Shown: positions 58,001 through 64,000 of the stretch, piece after piece
Position numbering within the stretch: the first letter of the stretch is position 1
How the letters are laid out: every line of letters begins with the position of its first letter
Source: Calditrichales bacterium
Lineage (GTDB): Bacteria; Calditrichota; Calditrichia; Calditrichales; J004
DNA: 64,000 nucleotides
Reading direction: 5' to 3'
Assembly: GCA_965267575.1 (NCBI GenBank)
Contig: OZ254086.1
Coordinates: 2,816,001 to 2,880,000 of the forward strand
Translations under genes and position numbers: made by a program
Notes under the pieces: model-generated
The model's database searches: none
The model's input: only the letters and a program-made list of their open reading frames with translations
Told to the model about the DNA's origin: nothing

Positions 58001-58718
58001 GTACTATTTTCTCTTTTTAGCCTTGCTGATGGTTTTTGCCGGATGCGGCCGGGAAAAAAAGATCGGGGATATTGACCGGCTTTTGGAACAGGATAAGCTG
58101 GTTGAAGCCCGCCGGCTTTTAAAAACCGAGCTGCAGTTCTTCTATGATGACAGCTTGTATGCTCGTCAATTAAAACACCGTTTAAGACATATTGACCGTA
58201 AGATGCTTTTTAGCATTTATGACAGCGTATTGTATACCAGGCAGGATACTGCCCAGGCTATCCGCGCGTTGAACAATGCGCGGAAGTCCATAAAAGCGAA
58301 AGACGCAGTTTCGCAGCGCTGGTACTGGTTTGATTATTATGAGCGAAAAGGCCGCCTGATGCAAAGTCTGGGAAGCGAGAACTGGGCGGATACGTTGGCC
58401 GGAATCGTTAATTATCCCGCTCCCGACCCGCGACAAAAAACGGACATAATGTTTCAGCTGGCGCGCTACTATGCCAGCAATCAGGAATTTGTAAAGGCGC
58501 GTGAATGGTTGGACAAAGCCATGCGAACGTTCGGGCCGGAACAGATAAAGGGCGTTTATGGCGACATCTATCTGCATTATATGGATGGCCGTTTTAGCAA
58601 GGCGGAATCACTTTTAAACAGACGTGGTGATGTTGCTTATCCCTGGTCTGAAGTGCGGCAGTTTCTGAACGCCCATGTAGATTCTCTGACTCTGGAAGAT
58701 CGTTTTAAACTTTGGTGA
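57933..58718 (+). CDS. Helical-repeat (TPR-like) lipoprotein; true start probably near 57993
   Basis: Hydrophobic stretch plus FAGC lipobox; LARYY...AREWLDKA. Confidence 0.65.
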   Translation: MKWKLCAICGKLSRIRSLFFLLRYYFLFLALLMVFAGCGREKKIGDIDRLLEQDKLVEARRLLKTELQFFYDDSLYARQLKHRLRHIDRKMLFSIYDSVLYTRQDTAQAIRALNNARKSIKAKDAVSQRWYWFDYYERKGRLMQSLGSENWADTLAGIVNYPAPDPRQKTDIMFQLARYYASNQEFVKAREWLDKAMRTFGPEQIKGVYGDIYLHYMDGRFSKAESLLNRRGDVAYPWSEVRQFLNAHVDSLTLEDRFKLW

Positions 58719-58724
58719 GGTATT

Positions 58725-58931
58725 ATGCAATCAGGTAAAGTAAAAATGTGGGATCCCCTGAAAGGATTTGGCTTCATTACCGATGAAAACGGGGACGACC
58801 TTTTTGTGAATGCAAATGACATCCACCCCTCCTCCGGCAACAAACAACTGCGCGAGGGGCAGCGGGTGAAATTCGACGTGCGCAGCGATATGAAAGGCGA
58901 CCGCGCTGTAAATGTGCGTATCGAAAAATAG
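58725..58931 (+). CDS. Cold-shock domain protein
   Basis: GKVK.W...KGFGFI..DLFV; EGQRVKF; AVNV. Confidence 0.95.
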   Translation: MQSGKVKMWDPLKGFGFITDENGDDLFVNANDIHPSSGNKQLREGQRVKFDVRSDMKGDRAVNVRIEK

Positions 58932-58942
58932 CGAATAATTTC

Positions 58943-58980
58943 TTGACAGTGTTTGATAATGCCCGTAAATTAAAAGCTCG
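58943..58980 (+). promoter_or_regulatory. Sigma70 promoter of tRNA-Arg
   Basis: TTGACA(58943)-N17-TAAATT(58966), followed by AAAAGCTCG. Confidence 0.75.
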
Positions 58981-58988
58981 TTTTTGAT

Positions 58989-59062
<74 letters not shown>

Positions 59063-59070
59063 CAAGCTTC

Positions 59071-59094
59071 AGCCCCTTCCGAGGGGCTTTTTTT
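59071..59094 (+). terminator. Terminator between tRNA-Arg and tadA
   Basis: AGCCCCT-TCCG-AGGGGCT followed by a T run. Confidence 0.8.
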
Positions 59095-59117
59095 ATGAAC
59101 AAAATGCCGGTCCAGTA

Positions 59118-59609
59118 ATGTCACAATCCTTTCTGCACCAAGATCCACCTGATATCACTTATATGAAAGAGGCGCTGCGCGAAGCGGCCAAAGCGCTGGC
59201 CGCGGATGAGGTGCCCGTGGGAGCGGTTGTCGTACAGGAAGGGCGGGTGATCGGGCGTGGTTACAATCAGGTTGAAATGCTGAAAGACCCCACAGCACAC
59301 GCTGAAATGATCGCCATTACTGCGGCAACGGCAACCATTGAAGACAAACACCTGCGCGACGCCACGCTTTATGTAACGGTGGAACCTTGCAGTATGTGTG
59401 CCGGAGCTTCGGTACTGGCCCGCCTGAAACGTGTTGTTTACGGAGTTCAGGATGTAAAGACCGGTGCGCACTCCAGTTTATTTAATTTGTTGAATGATCC
59501 GCGGCTCAATCACCGTATTGAGGTTACGCCAGGCATTTTGCGCGAAGAGTGTGCGCGCCTTATGATGCAGTTTTTTGAAAGATTACGCGAGCGGCAGGAA
59601 AATAAATAG
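59118..59609 (+). CDS. tadA: tRNA adenosine(34) deaminase
   Basis: EVPVGAVVV; DPTAHAE; LYVTVEPCSMC; FF..LR. Confidence 0.93.
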   Translation: MSQSFLHQDPPDITYMKEALREAAKALAADEVPVGAVVVQEGRVIGRGYNQVEMLKDPTAHAEMIAITAATATIEDKHLRDATLYVTVEPCSMCAGASVLARLKRVVYGVQDVKTGAHSSLFNLLNDPRLNHRIEVTPGILREECARLMMQFFERLRERQENK

Positions 59610-59632
59610 CTCTTGTTCGAGCCTATTTTGGT

Positions 59633-59670
59633 TTGAGAAGTAAATAGTGATTCGCTATATTAAAAGCTCG
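59633..59670 (+). promoter_or_regulatory. Sigma70 promoter of the tRNA-Ser pair
   Basis: TTGAGA(59633)-N17-TATATT(59656), followed by AAAAGCTCG. Confidence 0.65.
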
Positions 59671-59677
59671 CTTTTTA

Positions 59678-59764
<87 letters not shown>

Positions 59765-59825
59765 TGAAGGCAGGTTAATAGCGATCTGCCTTTTCTTTTT
59801 TTACATTTTTCAACACGTGTCGCAC

Positions 59826-59913
59826 GGAGAGGTGCGAGAGTGGTTGAATCGGGCGGTCTCGAAAACCGTTGAAGGCCTTGCGTCTTCCGTGGGTTCGAAT
59901 CCCACCCTCTCCG
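59826..59913 (+). tRNA. tRNA-Ser(CGA)
   Basis: Acceptor GGAGAGG/CCTCTCC; anticodon arm GCGGT-CTCGAAA-ACCGT; long variable arm. Confidence 0.96.
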
Positions 59914-59916
59914 CTG

Positions 59917-59944
59917 AAAGCAGGTTTTTGGGCCTGCTTTTTTT
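59917..59944 (+). terminator. Terminator after the tRNA-Ser pair
   Basis: AAAGCAGG-loop-CCTGCTTT followed by a T run. Confidence 0.8.
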
Positions 59945-60028
59945 ATTTGCTGCATTTTCGGCACAAATTTGAAATTTTAGGCTTCCCCGTCTGCGTTCTA
60001 CAAATACTACTTCTGAAAGGAATATAGC

Positions 60029-60418
60029 ATGAGTAAAGACAAAAAAACGAAATCCGATGAGCATTTGACTTCTGAGCAATACAGGATTCTGCGTCAAAAA
60101 GGAACGGAAGCACCTTTCAGCGGGGAGTATTACAAGCACAAGGAAGACGGTACTTACCTGTGTGCTGCCTGCGGAGAAAAGCTGTTCAGCTCGGAAACGA
60201 AATACGACTCGGGCAGCGGCTGGCCAAGCTTTTACGCACCGGTTGACGGGCAAGCGGTTCATGAGGAACAAGATTTAAGTCACGGCATGAGACGCATTGA
60301 GGTACAATGCAGTAACTGCGGCGGCCACCTGGGGCATGTTTTCCCCGATGGCCCCCGGCCCACAGGGCTAAGGTACTGCATTAATTCCGCCAGCCTGAAA
60401 TTCGAAAAAAAATCATAA
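60029..60418 (+). CDS. msrB: Peptide-methionine (R)-S-oxide reductase
   Basis: [34 protein letters not shown]; two CxxC motifs. Confidence 0.96.
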   Translation: MSKDKKTKSDEHLTSEQYRILRQKGTEAPFSGEYYKHKEDGTYLCAACGEKLFSSETKYDSGSGWPSFYAPVDGQAVHEEQDLSHGMRRIEVQCSNCGGHLGHVFPDGPRPTGLRYCINSASLKFEKKS

Positions 60419-60485
60419 CTTTATTTAAACGAAAGCAGTATACATTACACGCACTTTCATGCTGAATATATAACGAGGAATCCGA

Positions 60486-61268
60486 ATGCGCTTACGACAT
60501 TTGTTATACTGCCTGTTTTTTATTTTTACATTTCAGACATGTCTTAGCGGGCAAACACGCTTTATTTGGCCTGCAGGAGAAGAGCTGACGTATAACGTAA
60601 GCTGGTCGTTTATCAATCTGGGAACAGTGAAATTAAAAGTCCTGGGTAAAACCGAAATCGATGGGAAACAGGTCAATCGTGTTAAATTTACCATTCAATC
60701 CAACCCGATGCTTTTTTGGCTGGAAAACGAAAGCGTTTATGAAAGCTTTATCGACGACAGCCTGCGGACAATACGCTTTATTACCGATGAGTATGTAGAT
60801 GGTGTGGCTTACAAAGCCGTTTATAACTTTAACTATACCGACAGCCTGGTAAATATAAACCTGCTGGAGAATACGGACAGTACGAAGTCTATTGACCGCG
60901 TGATTGAGATGCGTCAACGGCTTATTGATGGTATAGCTCTGATTTATGATACCCGGGAACAGGTTAACCTTAAAAATCACTACAGCAGAACCACTTTTTT
61001 TGAAGACAATACGGGTGATGTGGAGCTTATCGCGACGGGCCGGACTGAGCCTGTGGAAATAGACAGCCTTGATCAGCCCATTGAGAGTTGGTTGCTGGAA
61101 GGTAACATTCATATAAAAGGTATTGCCGGTGTTACCGGTCCATATAAGGGCTGGTTCAGCGCCGATGAATCGCGCGTCCCCGTTTTCGCGGAGCTGAAAG
61201 TATTTATCGGGAATGTAAAAGTAGAACTGGAAGACTGGGAAAAATGGCACCCCCCGATGCTCAACTAG
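60486..61268 (+). CDS. DUF3108 domain secreted protein
   Basis: GEELTYNVSW..G; WFSAD..RVPV....V.IG.V. Confidence 0.78.
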   Translation: MRLRHLLYCLFFIFTFQTCLSGQTRFIWPAGEELTYNVSWSFINLGTVKLKVLGKTEIDGKQVNRVKFTIQSNPMLFWLENESVYESFIDDSLRTIRFITDEYVDGVAYKAVYNFNYTDSLVNINLLENTDSTKSIDRVIEMRQRLIDGIALIYDTREQVNLKNHYSRTTFFEDNTGDVELIATGRTEPVEIDSLDQPIESWLLEGNIHIKGIAGVTGPYKGWFSADESRVPVFAELKVFIGNVKVELEDWEKWHPPMLN

Positions 61269-61270
61269 GA

Positions 61271-62200
61271 TTGCCCCTTTACAAAGCGCCCTTCTTTCTG
61301 CCCGGCGGTCATCTGCAGACCATCTGTCCCTCCTTTAGAAACAACTTTAACGCGTCCCTTTACCGGCGTGAACGCATTCATACCGGGGATGACGATTTCC
61401 TCGATCTGGATTGGGTTGCTTCCGGCCATAAGCGGCTCGCTATGCTTTCACACGGGTTGGAAGGCAGCAGCCACAGGCCATATATCACGGGAATGGCGCA
61501 CCGGCTTAAGGATGACTGGGACGTTCTGGCCTGGAACTTTCGCTCATGCAGCGGCGAGCTGAACCGCCAACTCCGCTTTTATCATAGCGGCGCCACGGAC
61601 GACCTTGCACGGGTTATCGCCCATGCCCGCACCAAAGGGTATAAACAAATCGTGCTGATTGGATTTTCGATGGGTGGTAATATTTCACTGCTTTACCTGG
61701 CGGAGCAGCCGGACAGCGCGGTAGCCGGTGCCATTGCCTTCTCCGTGCCCTGCGATCTGGCCGGCAGCGCGCGGCAGCTTGCAAGGTTTTCCAACAAGAT
61801 ATATATGGATCGTTTTATGCGCCTCTTGCGACAAAAAGTCCTGGCCAAAAGCCTTATCTTTCCCGCACTTGATGTACGCGATCTTGAAAAAGTAAAAACG
61901 TTTAAAGATTTTGACGATCGTTACACGGCCCCGATCCATGGTTTTGCTTCAGCGGAAGATTACTGGCGCAAATGCAGCAGTCTTTTCCGGATAAGTGAAA
62001 TCAGCCGGCCCGCGTTTATTATCAATGCCGCCAACGATCCTTTTCTTTCCGAAAAATGTTACCCTGTGCAAGAAGCAGCGGAAAATCCTAATGTAAACCT
62101 TATTATTCCCCGGCAGGGAGGACATGCCGGATTCCCGCAAAAGGGCACATATTATTGGTCGGAAGAAGCCGCTGCATTGCTTTTACAACGTTTTAGCTGA
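61271..62200 (+). CDS. YheT-family alpha/beta hydrolase
   Basis: GHLQTI; HGLEGS; GFSMGG; NDPF; GGHAGF; TTG start chosen. Confidence 0.9.
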   Translation: MPLYKAPFFLPGGHLQTICPSFRNNFNASLYRRERIHTGDDDFLDLDWVASGHKRLAMLSHGLEGSSHRPYITGMAHRLKDDWDVLAWNFRSCSGELNRQLRFYHSGATDDLARVIAHARTKGYKQIVLIGFSMGGNISLLYLAEQPDSAVAGAIAFSVPCDLAGSARQLARFSNKIYMDRFMRLLRQKVLAKSLIFPALDVRDLEKVKTFKDFDDRYTAPIHGFASAEDYWRKCSSLFRISEISRPAFIINAANDPFLSEKCYPVQEAAENPNVNLIIPRQGGHAGFPQKGTYYWSEEAAALLLQRFS

Positions 62201-62239
62201 TTAAAGTTTTATTAGCCCCCGGTAAGCTTTAAATTCATT

Positions 62240-62272
62240 CTCATACAATACTAACATAAATCTAACATGCTT
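62240..62272 (+). promoter_or_regulatory. Pho-box-like 11-bp direct repeats
   Basis: CTCATAC(62240), CTAACAT(62251) and CTAACAT(62262), upstream of phoB. Confidence 0.6.
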
Positions 62273-62318
62273 TCCGCACATTTATTCTCTTTGTAAAACC
62301 ATTTCAAAGGAAAGAAAA

Positions 62319-63011
62319 GTGGCAAAAGAAAAAATCTTTGTGGTGGATGACGAGGAAGACATTCTCGACCTGGTCGAGTACATTCTCAGCAAGGAAGGCT
62401 ACAAGCTGCGCCGCTTTACGTCCGGCGAGGATGTGCTTAAGGCCATACGTCAGGACAAACCCGAGCTGCTGCTGCTGGACCTGATGCTGCCCGGCGTGGA
62501 CGGCCTTGACGTTTGTAAAATGATTAAGCGCGATGACGAACTGGGCAACCTGCCTATCATCATGCTCACCGCCAAGGGCGAAGAAGCCGATATTGTCAGC
62601 GGACTGGAGATCGGGGCAGACGATTATATCACGAAGCCGTTCAGTTCGCGGGTATTGCTGGCACGTATTAAGGCTATTCTCAGACGCCAGAATTCCAGGC
62701 TCAGCAATGATGAAAGCATCATTGAGATAGAAGGCATTACCATTCATCCCGGCCGCCACGAAGTGACAATTGATGGCAAGCGTATTGATCTGACTTTTTC
62801 TGAATTCCGCCTGTTGCAACTTCTTGCCAAAAGGCCAGGCTGGGTCTACTCACGTTACCAGATTGTTGATGCGTTGCGTGGCAGCGATTACCCGGTCACC
62901 GAACGCGCCGTCGACGTGCAGGTGGTAGGCTTGCGCAAAAAGCTGGGCAAAAAGGGCAAACTGATTGAAACCGTACGCGGCGTGGGTTACAAGTTCCGGG
63001 AGCCGCAATGA
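62319..63011 (+). CDS. phoB: OmpR/PhoB-family response regulator (PhoB/PhoP)
   Basis: VVDDE; LDLMLPG; MLTAKGEE.D...GLE.GADDY..KPF; IETVRGVGY. Confidence 0.88.
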   Translation: MAKEKIFVVDDEEDILDLVEYILSKEGYKLRRFTSGEDVLKAIRQDKPELLLLDLMLPGVDGLDVCKMIKRDDELGNLPIIMLTAKGEEADIVSGLEIGADDYITKPFSSRVLLARIKAILRRQNSRLSNDESIIEIEGITIHPGRHEVTIDGKRIDLTFSEFRLLQLLAKRPGWVYSRYQIVDALRGSDYPVTERAVDVQVVGLRKKLGKKGKLIETVRGVGYKFREPQ

Positions 63012-64000
63012 AAAAGAGTCGCCTATGGTGGCAGATCTTTTCCACATCTCTTCTTATTACCATTCTGGCGCTGGTGGCCGTAAGCTGGTATGCTTCCGAC
63101 CTGGGGCGCGATTTCTATCTGAATAAAACATCGGAAAACCTGGAGATACGCGCTAAGCTTATTACCGGACTGATTGCTGACAGCAGCGGTCAAAAGTTGC
63201 ACACGGACAGGCTGAAAGGCCTCGAAGATGAGATTGAGACGCGCATAACCATCATTCTGGCTGATGGCCGGGTAATCTACGATTCTGATGAAGACCCGCA
63301 GGTGATGGACAACCATAAAGCGCGCCCCGAGGTGGCCCAGGCGCTGGACGGCGCCGCAGGCACATCCATGCGTTTTAGCAATACGGTTAAAAAAAATATG
63401 ATGTACGTGGCGGTGCCTTATGTCGTAAATGACAAGCCGTATGCCGTGGTACGCACCTCACGTGATGTGGAGGCCATCGACGAGACGATTTCCGCTTTGC
63501 AGCAGCGCATTGTGTATTATGGATTGTTTATAACCGCTCTGACAGCCTTGATCAGCCTGTATACCACGCGACGCATTTCCAATCCCCTGGAGCAGATCAT
63601 TATCGGGGTGGAGAAATTTGCCGATGGCGAACTACACGCCCGCTTGCCTGACCCGCCAACACGCGAGATGTCCAAGCTGGCATCTGCGCTTAACAAAATG
63701 GCAGCGCAGATCGACGAAAAGATGGAGACGATCACGCAACAGCGTAACCAGCAAAAAGCAGTTTTTGAAAGCATGGCGGAGGGCGTCATTGCCGTTGATC
63801 GCGGCGAGAAGGTTATCAGCATTAATACGGCTGCCGCGCGGCTCCTGGGCTCAGTAAAAAAGTCTATGACCGGCCAGCAGGTAGATAAGATTATCACCAA
63901 CACGCAACTTAAAAACATGATCCTGGGCTGCCTGAAAAGCAACCAGCGCCAGGAGGCGGAAATCGTTTTGAAGCACCCCGAGGAGCAATACGTGAAAGTG
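63008..64000 (+). CDS. phoR: PhoR-like sensor histidine kinase (partial; Cache, HAMP, PAS)
   Basis: Manual translation MKKSRLWWQIF...RITII.ADGRV..DS....MDNH..RPEV..AL...RFS.T....MYVAVP; HAMP; SMAEGVIAVD; ATGA overlap with phoB; runs off the window. Confidence 0.88.
   Translation, partial: MKKSRLWWQIFSTSLLITILALVAVSWYASDLGRDFYLNKTSENLEIRAKLITGLIADSSGQKLHTDRLKGLEDEIETRITIILADGRVIYDSDEDPQVMDNHKARPEVAQALDGAAGTSMRFSNTVKKNMMYVAVPYVVNDKPYAVVRTSRDVEAIDETISALQQRIVYYGLFITALTALISLYTTRRISNPLEQIIIGVEKFADGELHARLPDPPTREMSKLASALNKMAAQIDEKMETITQQRNQQKAVFESMAEGVIAVDRGEKVISINTAAARLLGSVKKSMTGQQVDKIITNTQLKNMILGCLKSNQRQEAEIVLKHPEEQYVKV

Noticed and set aside
60029..60418. Selenocysteine MsrB
   Set aside because: The catalytic position is a normal Cys codon (RYCINS) and there is no in-frame TGA.

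Overview
This is a gene-dense chromosomal window from a diderm bacterium. The YPNPFNP/FlgD-Ig C-terminal domains, DUF5686 and gene order suggest the FCB group, most likely Calditrichota (inference). The left half is accessory. It holds a partial IS200/IS605-type (RAYT-like) transposase with a REP cluster, secreted proteins, type II TA pairs, BlaI plus BlaR1-TonB, an AT-rich islet and a TauE/persulfide dioxygenase pair. It also holds two notable signalling modules. The first is a tightly coupled 4-gene operon at 13.8-18.0 kb: secreted type-1 copper (cupredoxin) protein, membrane adenylate cyclase, outer-membrane barrel and Tat-exported ferritin-like lipoprotein. The second is a putative light-response cascade at 20.5-23.9 kb: a CarH/LitR-type B12 photoreceptor, a divergent SigR-like ECF sigma, cryptochrome DASH and DUF2256, with readable promoters and 11-bp operator repeats. 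The right half is mostly housekeeping: trpS, scpAB, rluB, cmk, rpsA, an mreB-like gene, ppa, a short rho, tadA, msrB, phoBR and 4 tRNAs. Oddities across the window include a standalone LigA domain-Ia protein, paralogous lipoproteins flanking rpsA, a tandem AP2 protein and a candidate anti-SD sRNA. No CRISPR array, rRNA or prophage was seen. All family calls come from motif recognition by eye, not from database searches.
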